From: Marsupella aquatica
Taxonomy: Eukaryota > Plantae > Marchantiophyta
Length of the DNA stretch: 64,000 nucleotides
Direction of reading: 5' to 3'
Assembly: GCA_973895155.1 (NCBI GenBank)
Contig: OZ316897.1
Coordinates: 3,053,416 to 3,117,415, forward strand
Within the stretch, counting starts at the first letter, position 1. Every line of letters begins with the position of its first letter. The notes under the pieces were generated by a model. It was not told the origin of the DNA. It saw nothing but the letters and a program-made list of their open reading frames with translations, and made no database searches. Shown here piece by piece: positions 1-12,400 of this stretch. Made by a program: the position numbers and the translations under genes.

Positions 1-739
1 GGGAAAGCACCCAAAGATTGTTGTTCATGACAAAATCACGCACTGTTGTCTTAAAGAATTTTCTGCATATTTTCATGTATGACAGACCTACAACATGAGT
101 GGAGGTTTCTGTTAGACTCTCCTCCACTGTCCCACCTAGCTCAACAACTATAGACTTGTACAGTCTGCACTTAGTCTCCCCAATTCCTTCTTCTGCAAAT
201 ACCACACTGAACCCCTTCATAATGGTATTTCTCTCCTTGCCATGCTCATTCAATATAGCATCTGCACGCATAGGATGGTGTCCTATGTTGACAACAGGTC
301 CATATTGGACAGAAGCAAAGTTGGGTTTCTCTGCCGCTGCTTCATAGGCTTCCTTTTCAGCCAAAGCCTCTGCAGTGGCCTCCTCACTCTCCCACAACTC
401 ATATTGCTCAGTACTCTGTACACACCTATGTTTAACAGAATCGGTCAGCCAAGAGACTTCAACTACTTTTAGACCTTGGTTGGTAATGGCAGAATCAATG
501 AAGGACCATGATCACTTGTTCATCACATCCAGCCATGTCCCCGCAACAACATGTGTAGTCTGTGGAGTGATGTCCTTGACTTCAGTCCCATGGAACTCTG
601 AGAATCGTTTTTGTACGATTGGCCAACTCACTTGGGTGAACCCATAGTGGCCAGGAATCAAAATGGCTTTGATTCCAGCCAACAGAGGCGGGTGGTCAAC
701 CTTTGTACGTTTCCTAGAGGCCATGTACACACGGGCCAC
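1..739 (-). pseudogene. Tandem BRCT-domain protein, one in-frame stop, runs off window start
   Basis: ORF 512..739 (FHGTEVKDITPQTTHVVAGTW) continues in frame past TGA (512-514) as SWSFIDSAITNQGLKVVEVSWLTDSVK, a BRCT C-terminal W motif. A second repeat follows: MKGFSVVF...ELGGTVEESLTETSTHVVG...NLWVLS. Confidence 0.7.
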
Positions 740-1322
740 CTAATCACTGCAGACCAGAAGATAATGCGTTCACCTGATAATCGGAGGGCCCTTAAAATGT
801 TGCGTTTATAACTTGGTCCAGTCCAGTCGTCTGGTGAGTCTCTGCTCCGATTCCAAACGGGAGAAATATTGGGACAAACGTACTAGACACCTGCAAGCAT
901 GCACCTCATACTTTGAATATGTGCCTTCACAATATTGAAGGTGACAAGTGCAATTGTTTTGTGATGCCACATACAGATGTTGTAAATGGGCAGACATTCA
1001 ATGAGAATACAAAATGTTGGTACACTTTAAGGGAATTCTCGCAAATTAAATAGCCTTGTAACTTATATGCTCATAATGAGAAGTCCTGATTTAATTTAAG
1101 CAGTGTCATGTAAGTCGTGATCAAAATGATTGCAGAGTTAAAAAAGTTCCTAGAAGGCTTAAGGGGAGTTTTTGAAGGCATGTACCCAGGAACAAGTAAT
1201 GAACTTAGGGTACTTGTTGCCTAAGCATCCTCTCCTACAGAGGTCCTTCTTCTCAAAATTAGAATGTCTGCAATCTCCAAGGTATCCACATCAGGTGCAC
1301 TATGCATGTACATTATTCAGGT

Positions 1323-1997
1323 TCAAAGCCAAGAAATGTGATCTCTCATGGGAGTGTGCAAAGTAGGATCTATGGCATGGCGATGACAATAGAAGATCCA
1401 TCGATCAACACCATGTGCAGAGTGATCATAGATGTGTCTGTCACAAGCATAGCCTTCTGCTTGACGCTCCTTCAAACAATGAAAGTGCCACATGGTGGGA
1501 CACCTAACACAGTGGACTATGTCCACCCAGAAATCTTCATCGTGCTTACCACATGCCTTGCACTTATGAAGTGGGCAAGCTGTGGCAAGATTGGGCAAAC
1601 ATGAAAAACAAAAGAACCTCACACAATATCTGTCAGGGCATTTCCTAACAAGTGGTGGAGCATCAACAGAGCCCTCATAAGACCCCAACTTCCCACACTG
1701 TGCACACTTAGCCTGCTTCTCCAAACAATCAGTGCACATCCAGCCTCCCTGGTGTGCTGACGGGAGGCCCACCCCTGGACAGTTGTTTTCTGCAGCAAGG
1801 TCAGACTCCGGGTTGAGGTGGAAATGCCTCATGCAAGGGCCCTCACATATGGCTAAGCCACCACCATCGTCACAAATGGCACAACAATGAGCTGCCTTAT
1901 GGAAAATCTGACTTGCGGAGAAGTTACTACCATCTGGCCCAACTACACCTGTGTTGCTCACCTCTGTCCCCCGCTCGGATTTTAGGGCGTGCCATGC
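1323..1997 (-). CDS. Stand-alone EDM2/NSD-type composite (triple) PHD finger protein
   Basis: Open ORF 1323..1961, extendable to a possible acceptor at 1998. Motifs CAICDDGG..ICEGPCMRHFH, CAQCGKLGS, CPLHKCKAC, CVRCP..WH..CL and YCHRHAIDPTLHTPMRDHI follow the order of the EDM2 PHD region, including its HEID..L.TP.RDH tail. Confidence 0.75.
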   Translation of the reverse strand, partial: AWHALKSERGTEVSNTGVVGPDGSNFSASQIFHKAAHCCAICDDGGGLAICEGPCMRHFHLNPESDLAAENNCPGVGLPSAHQGGWMCTDCLEKQAKCAQCGKLGSYEGSVDAPPLVRKCPDRYCVRFFCFSCLPNLATACPLHKCKACGKHDEDFWVDIVHCVRCPTMWHFHCLKERQAEGYACDRHIYDHSAHGVDRWIFYCHRHAIDPTLHTPMRDHISWL

Positions 1998-2621
1998 CTA
2001 CGCATGAGACAGATAGTACAATTTAGCAGAGTGCATAGACAATACAATTTAGTGCAGTGTACAAAAAGTATAGTGTAGCATATAGACTAGAGTGGCAATT
2101 GCTACTGCAATGAAATGTTCACACACATGTGCAGAGTAGACATACTTTTTGGTTTGTTGAGCCCACACTAAAAACTGATCCCCTCGTACAATAGCTCCAC
2201 CTACACCTCAATTTTGTGGCTATGATTCACCAAAGGAGATCTGCAACAAGATTTAATGCATTTGAATCACATATAACAGTCGTGACATGTAAAACAGGCA
2301 TTTTTTGAATAGGATTGGTATCAAGCACTTTGATCAGGGTTGTAATTTATACATCCTAAATAGGCTATGATAGTGAATGAGACAAATAAGTTAGGCAGAA
2401 ATCACTTTTTCCAGGTTATCACATGGCCCATTAATTCCAGTCTTTGAAAGGAGACTTTTAAGTGAGCTTGCTAGCCTCTTAAATTAGGATATTGTACTTA
2501 GTGCAGCCATAATAGGATAAGTTATGTACTATTGACCCTAAACCCTGGACCCAAAATTGGTCATAATTCAAAATCTTAAGTAAATATCCTCTCTGTTCAA
2601 GTCAAAGTGTTAAGTTATAGG

Positions 2622-3110
2622 TCAATGGTCTCTGGTTTGTGCATGCGGTGTGACAAGTGGTCCTCTAGAGCGTGTGATCCAAACATGTGTAGACACCAAA
2701 GTGACCGGTGGTGGTGGGAGGGCAGGACAAGTGACATCGCCAGGCACACTGCAGGATGGCGAGTGGTTCCAGATGATACATTGTGCTCTGTGAAAAAACC
2801 GACATCCAAGAGAACGGTCATCCAACTCTAGGCCAGAAGCCCTACAGGCAGGACAGTCATATTGGCAACTGTGCACACACCCTTGGGCCCTAATTTGTGG
2901 CGGGTCATGTACGAGAGACAGAAATACCAAGGATGTTGGGAAGGGTGGAGAAGCAGGTACAGGCCGGCTATAGTTGTTCCTGGCAACAACTGGGTACTCA
3001 AAGTACCATGTAGACTGGGCTGGAAGGATCCCAAGTCTGACATACTCAAGGCGCAACATCTCTGCCTTGCGTGCAAGCCGCACATGTTCAGCGTTGCGGG
3101 TCCTCACCAT
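2622..3110 (-). CDS. Hypothetical Cys/His-rich 162-aa protein
   Basis: ATG-started ORF on the same strand as the PHD and BRCT genes, with a CVHSCQYDCPAC...C..FH...C cluster. Family not recognised. Confidence 0.3.
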   Translation of the reverse strand: MVRTRNAEHVRLARKAEMLRLEYVRLGILPAQSTWYFEYPVVARNNYSRPVPASPPFPTSLVFLSLVHDPPQIRAQGCVHSCQYDCPACRASGLELDDRSLGCRFFHRAQCIIWNHSPSCSVPGDVTCPALPPPPVTLVSTHVWITRSRGPLVTPHAQTRDH

Positions 3111-3508
3111 AAGTGTTGCTTTTGTGGAGATGTCGTGTGTTCACGTCCTCTGATAAGCACCTTCGATCAGCAAGGTGAGCAGGAGCTGTACTTGCCTCAC
3201 CAACAGCAACCAACTTAAATTATCAGTTCCCACTCATTGTGTCATTCCATTGGTTCCAGCTAGGGGTCACAGTGTAAACATAGCATGAAACACTCCTAAT
3301 CAACTTGCTTACAAACTACAATATCCAGAAAGAGTGAAAGTCTCACCCTCCAGTGAGCAGCAGAGAGGTAGTTCACTAGATGTGTTGATGTGCAGTTAAA
3401 CCTCCACTATTGCTTACTTCTGGTGTATGCTGCTCAGAAGAAGACATATTAGTAGCAGCAAATTGCAAATAATGGCCATAAGCAAACCGTGAGAGTTTGC
3501 AGAATGCT

Positions 3509-3564
3509 ACGACAAATCCATCACAGCAGTGCTCCACGACAAATCCATCACAGCAGTGCTCCAC
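3509..3564. repeat. 27-bp tandem duplication
   Basis: ACGACAAATCCATCACAGCAGTGCTCC x2. Confidence 0.85.
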
Positions 3565-6500
3565 AGGAATGAAACCAAGCAAAATTTGGTGACCTCGGCC
3601 AATGACAAGGCCAATGTAGTGAACAATCCTTGACCGATCAGCTTATGATTGGAATTACAATTAGTCAGCTCTTCTTCTTTGTTTTCTAACTCTGGGGGAA
3701 ATGAGCATGACCAGGGAATTCTCTGAGAAAGAGAAGTGCACAGGGAAAATGAAATTGGCTCATTCAGCTGCGCAAGACCCGCCATTGTAGCATACTTGGA
3801 CAGTTGTTCCGCAATACATAAAATACCCTGACTTACATGCAATCGATACAATCTGCTTCTGTTGGCTGTCCTATAGCTCATGGCAGTGCCGTTGGGATAG
3901 GGTAAGTGAATATTGCCATAGCTGAAGCACATTGAGCTTGCAGCAAGAAGTGAAGGAGCATGGCCAAAAGCAGAAAAGACAGACAGGTTTTACAAGAAGA
4001 AACTAACAACCGCCAATCTGCTCAAATCCGCTGCATAGATCAAACCCTCCAAACTACACAACCCTCCTTTGAAAACAATCCAATGTGCTTTGGCTGGTGG
4101 ATGACAAGGACTGGGAGAAGAGGAAACGTCTACACAATCAATCCAAATGACGGGACACAGAGACCAGGCACAGAGAGGATTTGTGCTTAGACAAAAACCA
4201 CAAATTGTAGCATGGGCGCCATAGCATTGGGCGGCAATGGGAAGAATTACATCAAATGAGTGGACAGAGAATGAACAGTCCGGTTATAGGCAAACAACGA
4301 CTGATGCCCTGATGCAATGAAACACGCATTGACATAGCGGAGGGACATAAAAACTACATAAGCCAACTTACTGACCTTTTAAGGCCCACAATTTCAAGGG
4401 GAGGGACAAAGACAGCAGTAATAGACGCAGAGACAAAGTTGTACTCTATCAATTGAGTAGGCAAGTGGGTGGGTGAAGATCAACAACCAATGTAGCAGCG
4501 CAACCAGAGTAGCAACAAAGAAGCAGGTTGCCCTCAGTCTCCTATTTTTCAAGCAGCTCGTGCTCGCGGTCAATCTCCTATACTGCAAGCAGCTCACGCT
4601 CGTCCCTCTTGTTCTGCAAGCAGGTCATTCTTGTCGGCGATGGTGCAAGCTGTCCTCCTAAACTCTGACACTCAAAATGAAAAGACCAAGCACCTCCAAT
4701 CTGTTTGATCCCTTTCGCAAGCAGCCGAGCGGCAAACGATAATGTAGGGATCAAGAACCAAGTGCCAGGCGGACATTGCACAAAATGAGGACCGGGGGCA
4801 AAGACAAAATCTACCGAAATCTACCGAAATCTACTTCTTGGGGTCCAGCCCACGGATGGACATCATGCAAGGTGGTCAAAAATGGTAAGTGCAATTGTTG
4901 GAGAGCTGTACTCGCGATTACTAACGGTGCATCCACAAAACGCGTCATCAAGTTGTCAGTGCGGCCACAACAATTTTGACAGTCTCAGGATCACAGGTCC
5001 ACAAACAAGTTGCAAATGAAGACACACAACGTCCAGGAGGGAAAGTCCGCAACACTAACCCTTTGTAAAGCCCCTGAGCTTACCTTCTAGCTGCCGACGC
5101 AAAGAGAAAACCTACTCGGACACTGAAGCAACCCTAAACTCAAAGTCTCACCTTAGCGCAACAACTCCTGGATTGGATTCAGCTAGCTCAGGCTCAATGA
5201 AGCATGTCGCCTCGGGCTCTCCGGATCCTCCCAAGGCAGCAAACAAGTTAGGGTCCACGGTCCTTGTACCTTCACCGCACCGTTGTGTCCTTCCCAATGC
5301 CTCCTCTGTAGTTGCGTCTTGTCTGCAACTCTACAGCTCCCCGTGTTGCTCTGCCGCACTTAGTTATATTCCAACGCCCGATCGTGACCAAAAAGAGTTT
5401 TCTCCTGCTGGACAGCACTAGGCATTTGTTCAATCTCTTGATCACGCGTAAGCAGCTACAGGTATGAATCACTCAGTTGGCAGCTCAATACGCTTACAGC
5501 AAGAGGGCGCAATAGGTAGAAGCTCGCGCTACCTAGACCAGCACAAGGACAAAGCATTAACATTGAAACTGTACCATGGAGCTGGAGAAAACCACAGAGT
5601 AATTGAAGCCTAACAATACCCTTCTTAGCTCCCAACTCCAAACTCTCGGCTCCCAGTTTGCAAGAACAAGCACTATGAAAATATGGATTCCCACACTGAC
5701 TGTGTCCGCAGAACAGATGCAACCTGCATGCAGTTTCACCAGCTCAACGGCAGCTTGACAACTGAAGGACCTCCCAATGAGCCTCACGGCCTCCCGATGC
5801 TCGTTATGGGTGCAGCAAAAGGGTCTATACCACAACTGTGACCGAGATTGTCACCCAAAACCTTGAAGAAACCCCAACCTCCGACTCCTCAAACTCCGAC
5901 AAGCTCCTCACGAACGTTGCAGCAGCCACAACCTTCTTCGCCCTACCAGCCAAAAACTAATTGTCCCTAAAGGAGATCGAGCAGGAATGCAGGTCTATGA
6001 GTAGACTGCAAGCGCAAGGTTAGATCACCGCAACTGCCTGAACACTGCTCCTCGAGAGCATAAACAAGCACATAACGCGCGGGAAGTTCACTCCGCAATG
6101 GTCGCAAAAAGTGGGCAACACTGAAAGGAAAACCCTACGTAAAACCCCGAACACTCCACCCCTCACGTTCTAAGTTCAATGACAATGGCGAAAACTCCAA
6201 AGAGACTCCCAAAGTGAAGTTTAGTGCCTGAAACCGAATTAGGGGAAGCCACTCAGCCTTACCGTTTGAGTGAGCCGTTGAGTGTCACCGAAAGTGGGAC
6301 AAAGCTACAAAGTGTTACTGCATGGCCAACTTAGGCAATGAATGGTCATATTTGCACATACATGGTCGGTAGTGACATTTTATTGCACGCCGTAATCAGG
6401 ATTAAGGTTGCCCAACATTATGTCCGGTCCTAAAATGCAATATTCCCGGTGCAAGAATGTGACCTAGCTCTAATGTATGAAAAAGGACCGGTACAAATCT

Positions 6501-6837
6501 ACCTTTGTGCATCTTGACCTTTTATAGATGGATTTAGTAATGGCCAAGAATATCTTGACCATCCCTCCATGGTCCAACCTCCATGAACCCCACTTCATTA
6601 AACCCATGCAAAACCTTTTTGGTCACAAATAAGGACATTTAATGAGTTATGCCCCTTGCTATCACCCTCTTTATAGATTTATTTTTTTGTTTGAAATTTT
6701 ACATTTATTCCGCGTGAACCCCACGGATGGGGGAACCAGCAAGCCAAATGGCATCATAAAACCTCAACACCCAAAGGAGGCAATAACAAAGAGTTACTCA
6801 ACCAGGGTCATCAGATCAGGCAAAGATTGCAAAGCCG

Positions 6838-6848
6838 TTCTTCTAGTG
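6838..6848 (+). mobile_element. Candidate CACTA right terminus (partner probably left of window)
   Basis: TTCTTCTAGTG, identical to the last 11 bp of the Pack-CACTA right end at 24046-24056. No matching left end or TSD seen in the window. Confidence 0.3.
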
Positions 6849-7525
6849 GTCCATGCAACAAGTAACAACTAGGGAATTATAAGCACTAGAAGGCGCAGTA
6901 GGTCAGCATAGTGTAAGTGTAAAGTGTCAAAGCATTGTCTAGTACTAAATTAATCCACCTGATTAGTAAGAAGGGGGTGTATACTGTAATGGGAAAAAGA
7001 AAAAAAAACCAAGGCATGAGCAAGGGCCACCAAGAGTGGTGCAGCTATAAGCTATAGGGATTGAACACAATGCGGGGGGGCAGTGGCACTATGTATGAGG
7101 AAATCACGGGAGTATCGGTGTCAAATGAGTCGACAAAACTCCTAGATAGCCACACAGTATAAATCAATCTCACAGAAGGCTGCCATCAATGGAGGAAACA
7201 ATTTGACACGACCCACATCTGAGAGTGTGAATTCGCTCGATCTCCAGCAGTTCTTTGGCACTCGATAGACGTCGGTGCTTTCGGCTCAAAGATGAAGGAG
7301 AATTACCCCTCCTCAACATAGAGTGAACATTACCCATGATGTGCTAGACTATTCACCCTTCACAAAGTAGCAAGGTTACTTCTCATAGTCTTTTAGTGAA
7401 CCATAAAACTCTCATAGTCTTTTCTAGTCTTCAACAAAACCGGTGCAATGGGTGCGAGTCGTTTTAAGTATGGAAAAAGGACTTAGTGGGCATAGTCCTA
7501 TAAGGTATGGTCTAAATTGCCCCGG

Positions 7526-7537
7526 TTTCTACTAGTG
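7526..7537 (+). mobile_element. Candidate CACTA right terminus
   Basis: TTTCTACTAGTG is the reverse complement of CACTAGTAGAAA. No TSD-matched partner found. Confidence 0.35.
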
Positions 7538-8293
7538 GTAACAACAAAACTTTGTTCACTTATTATGCAACAGATGGACAATGGATTGATATTGAGATGG
7601 TAATTTCAAATGTGAACTTAACAATGAAGTCTGGGATATATAGTTGACAGAGTGTATGTACTAGATGCAAGTGACTTGCAAGCTTTGACTGCATACATTC
7701 AAAGTGTGAGTAAATTGTGATATATAATTGACTATTGTTTATTAAAAGTAGTTTGTTGTGTGTGTATGTGATGCATGTGTAGGGTTAGTGGGAGGGAGTA
7801 GAGTAGGGGATGGCGGATTGGCAAATTGAGATTTATGCTTAATCAGGGGTTCAATTCCCCTCCGTCATGTGGACATCATCATGCATGAGTCTGTGAAGGA
7901 AGGTAGAGATGTGGACATCATCATGCTGGAGTTTACAGTGAAACAAGGTAGAGTACCGATGCCTTGAATAGGCAACCTAAGATGTTCGGTTACCTATTCA
8001 TAGTATCTGGCACCCACCATGCTTCACTATTCGAGAGTGAAAACTACAAGTTGTTGGATGACAATGAATGCATTACAAGATATTTAGCTTCATGATGCAA
8101 ATTCATTGAATGTATTGGAAATGCGCATCAATTTGCACAATTGGCTCTACACTATTGAGGTACTTTACTTTCCTTAATAGGCATTTTTTAAATCATCATA
8201 AAACTTTCCATAAAGTTTTATAGGGGTAAACAATTCAAAAAATGCCCGCTTTTCAGAAAGTAAGGGAGTGGGGAAAAAACATTCACTGAAAAG

Positions 8294-8734
8294 TTAGGGG
8301 GTCCAGACCCTAAAACGTCGCACGCGATGTAGAGCCCTACATACAGTGACCCCCTCGAGCTCACCAAATTCCCATGGACGGCGAATCTGTTCCCCAACAT
8401 TAATCATTCCAACACAAGGATCAGAAAATCTGTTATCGTCTTGATGAGAGAATGTTCCAGTGACATGATAGTGCCTCCCTTCCTTTGCGCCACTTGCATT
8501 AGAGTTTTGCGTTGAGCTGCCCTCCCCTCCTGGAAGTTTCCATAAGGATTTCGCAAATTGTGCAACACCCTCCAACGACTTGACATTCTCCGCATAGGCC
8601 GTGAGGTCCATCACATCCCCCCTTTCCAAACAAAACGAGAAACATTCCCTTTCCAGAAGCAGGGCATTCTTTAAAACTTGCCCACCAGTAAAGAAGTCCA
8701 ACACAATTTCCTCCTTCTCGGAAAATCAAAGAAT
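8294..8734 (-). pseudogene. 3' end of the ParB/N6-N4 methyltransferase-fold gene (motif I region), split off by the CACTA insertion
   Basis: Removing 8735-26591 and one AAT copy joins ...KPNRIIKAII to L*FSEKEEIVLDFFTGGQVLKNALLLERECFSF in the same frame. Confidence 0.7.
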
Positions 8735-8764
8735 CACTACTACATATTGGCCCCTTTTGCGAAG
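8735..8764 (+). repeat. CACTA left TIR
   Basis: CACTACTACATATTGGCCCCTTTTGCGAAG. Confidence 0.9.
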
Positions 8765-9489
8765 CTTTTTTTTGACGCTGGGATGGTCTTGCGATGTCAT
8801 CGACTTCAGATATTTTGTGATCAAACACGCATCACAATAAACCATGCTCACAGGTTCGCAACATGGTGTTGCGAAGCTAAATACCTCGCAATTTGTTTGA
8901 GATCGGATTGAATTCACAACTCTTTCAGATACTATTCGTCTCGCAAAGTATTTGTGGATCCCGGACCATCGCGACTGCATTTGGATCTCTTTTGTTTCAT
9001 AATTTAGCGATAATAATGTACTCAAATATATATTGTGAACCTATTAGCTTCGCACAATATTGTGAAGCATAAATAGTCGCAAGTTACCGAATCCAGTTGA
9101 TTCGCAAAGTTGAGAACACATTGGCATCACAATTACCGATGGTGTGTTATTCACAAAGTGTTCAGAAGTTGCTTCTTGACAAGCTTGAAAATGTTTTGCA
9201 AAGAGAGTTGTTTGAAAATTTTGTAGAATGGAAATGTTTGAGAGAGTTTCTTTACAAGATGGAGAATGCATGTGTTTAGGTTACAGCTAGGGTTTTCAAA
9301 AAGGTGGCATGCATGAGGATAGCTTTGGAAACGGCTAAGGTTGCATATATAACAGTGAGATGAAATTTCAAAGTCCAATTAAGTGTTTGTAAAACAAAAG
9401 AAGAAAAGTAATATGTTAATATAAATAAAACCATGATAGTTAGTTTAGGGTCAAATTCTGGGCCCACAACAAGTTTTACTACTAGTGCA

Positions 9490-12400
9490 TCAAACCTGGT
9501 CCTCATCCTCGCCTCCATTTGACACAATAATAACGTCAGGTTTTTCCGAGATAATGGAACGGGACCGTGGCACATACGGTATAACAACTGACCACTCTAG
9601 GTCTGGTGGGTACGAAATATAGAAACACTGCTCAAGGTGACTTGGGAATGTAAATGGTTCAGATGTTTGCCAATGAGATGGTTGAAAGCTAGTTGCTGAT
9701 ATCTTCAGTCGAGTAAACCCACACTCATCAAGAAGTACCGTGCAATTATCACCAACCAGGTGAATTTTGAACCACTTACACTTGAAGACATACTCTTCAA
9801 ATTTGGAATCGGCATCATAGGATATGATCAAGATCTCCTCAATCTTCCCATAGTGAGGCACCACATCTCTGATCACATTAGTGTCATGACGGCTACTTTG
9901 TGAATCTTGCATGAACTGCCCTTGAACTCCACAATCAAAAGGTCTTCCCCTCTTCTCATCAAGGTCAGAAATCCTGAAATGCCTCCCTTGTGTCCACATT
10001 GCTGTTCTGGTTTGAACAAGTCTTAAAGGACCATGAACAATTGTTCGAACCTCAGGAGTCATATCTGGAAAATGTGATACATTCTCACCTTGGGCCACCA
10101 TAGCATCCAACTGAAGTACTTTCTCCTTCATATACTCAAGGAACTTTGGAAAGATCCTTGGGCGACGACTCTCCCTCTTGCATCCTCATAAAACTCTCTC
10201 CAATCTTCCATCACATTGCTGTTACTCAACATGAAAGTACTAACCTGTGTCAACTCCACTGCGGTTAGTAAGCGTGTTTTTTTTGCACCTGTTAAACGGT
10301 CCTCCTCCACTTCCCTCTCTTCCATCCAAGTGCGTGGAAAACTAGGATCAATGGTAGCTAAGATGTTACTACAATAAAACATACTCTCAGCTGCCAAGTA
10401 TCCAGTTGCCATGCTCCCCTCCACTCGTGCACGGTTCCGTACATAAGCCTTTAACATGGCCATATACCTTTCCAGCCAATACATCCACCTACAATGCACC
10501 GGACCGGCAATGGCAACCTCCCTCACAAGATGAACGAGAAGATGCACCTGACAATCAAAGAAGGAAGGAGGGAGGGCCTTCTCCAACTTGCATACCACCT
10601 CTGCTGCCAATACCTCCATCCGTGGTATCTCTTCTTCATATATTTCCTTTGAGCATATCCATCTCAACAAAGTGCCCAGTGACCAAAGGGCGTCTTGCAC
10701 TTCTTCACTCCCCAAACCTATGATTGCCACAGGAAGTATATGTTGTAGTAAACGATGATAGTCATGTGTCTTGAGATACATTGGCCATTTATGACTGTCC
10801 TCCATCCCAAAAGCCTTACGTAGATTGGCACCATAGCCTGTAGGAAACCGCATCTGCCCTATGCGTTGTCGAAACTCTCTTCTTTCACCAACACTCAAAA
10901 CCCATGGAGCTGAAGGACGATGTTCCATCCCTGTGGATTCATCAACTGTTATCCATACATCTGGATGTCGTTCTAGATCCTGGCATGCCTCCCTAAAATT
11001 AATGTTCTTTTCCCCATAAAAGTGCTTGATCAAAGCCTTCCCAACATTTCCCTCTATATGCATGGGGTCTAACAAGTGATGAATCTTCAACTCAGGCCAA
11101 TAGGGCAAAGTGGCCAGTATACCCCACCTTGTCAATCCACTACCATCAAATCCCATGGCATCTTCAGGGTCTGCCACCCTATCAGCTATGGACTTCCAAT
11201 ACAAAAATGTTGTGCGGTCAGGTATCTCATGCTCATCACCATTGATCATGTCAAAGTCTGAAAACAAAAGGGGGTCAGACCTCATGTGATGCCCAAGTGG
11301 AAGAAACTTGGTATGACCAAGGTAGATTATCTTGTGCAGCCATTTTGAGTACTTGGCCATATCGTGAAGGCTTGGACCACAAGTGGAGCATGCCTTGTAC
11401 CCTTGAGTTTGGAACCCAGAAACAAACCCAAACCCTGCTCACAAAATAACATTCTCAATTAGAGTCAAAGGAATTGAAAAGTTCATGTACATAGAATTAA
11501 AGAGGGACTTCCTTCCAAACAAACTTGATCTCCAATACATGAAAAAAATACAAATCCATACCACTCACCTGGATAGTCATGCATGGTCCACATAATGATT
11601 CCCTTCAATTGGAAGACACGTGGTAACCCTCCTGTAGTTGTCCGACCATCATATGCCCATACACCCCCCCATAATTTATGGAGTTCCCCAACCAAGAGCG
11701 CCAAGTAGGTGTCCATGTTTTTTACCTTAGATGGACCTGGGATAATCAATGATAGCAATAAGAATCCCTTTTTCATGGACAACCATGGGGGAAGGTTGTA
11801 ATTCATAACAACCACCGGCCAAACCGAAGTAGGGCGCCCTTTCCCTCCAAGGGAGTGTGGGCTTACCCCATCTGATGCCAACCCCAACCTCACATGACGA
11901 GGGTCACGTGCAAATTCTGGCCATTGTGACTCCACATGCTTGTGAGCAGGGGAATCAACTGGCAACCGCATGACACTGGCCTCTAATCGATGTGTCTTAT
12001 GCCATACCATCAATTCTGCCAAGTCAGAACATCGGTACATGTGCAACAATCGAGGAATAATAGGAAACCAACGAACAGCTTTTCTAGGCACCTTTGAGGT
12101 CAACATGTTGGTTTCATATCGAGGCTCTTGACAAATTGGACACTCAGTTGCGCTGGCATTGGTCTCATGATAGAGAATGCAGTCATTCACACAAGCATGA
12201 ATGATATGGTATTCCATGCCAATGGATGATAGAACCCTCTTTGCCTCCTTCCAAGTTCCTGGCAACACATTTTCACTAGGTAACAAGAGATCATGGCAAA
12301 TTGCAAACAAATCCGATAGTAGCGCATTGCTTGCCTTGTGTTTTGCCTGAAGATTCATCAATGCCAAGATGGCAGATAGTCTATTCAAACGAGCACCCCC

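Noticed and set aside
6884-7537. Small complete CACTA (CACTAGAAGG...TACTAGTG)
   Set aside because: Flanking triplets differ (AAG vs GTA) and TIR similarity is short.
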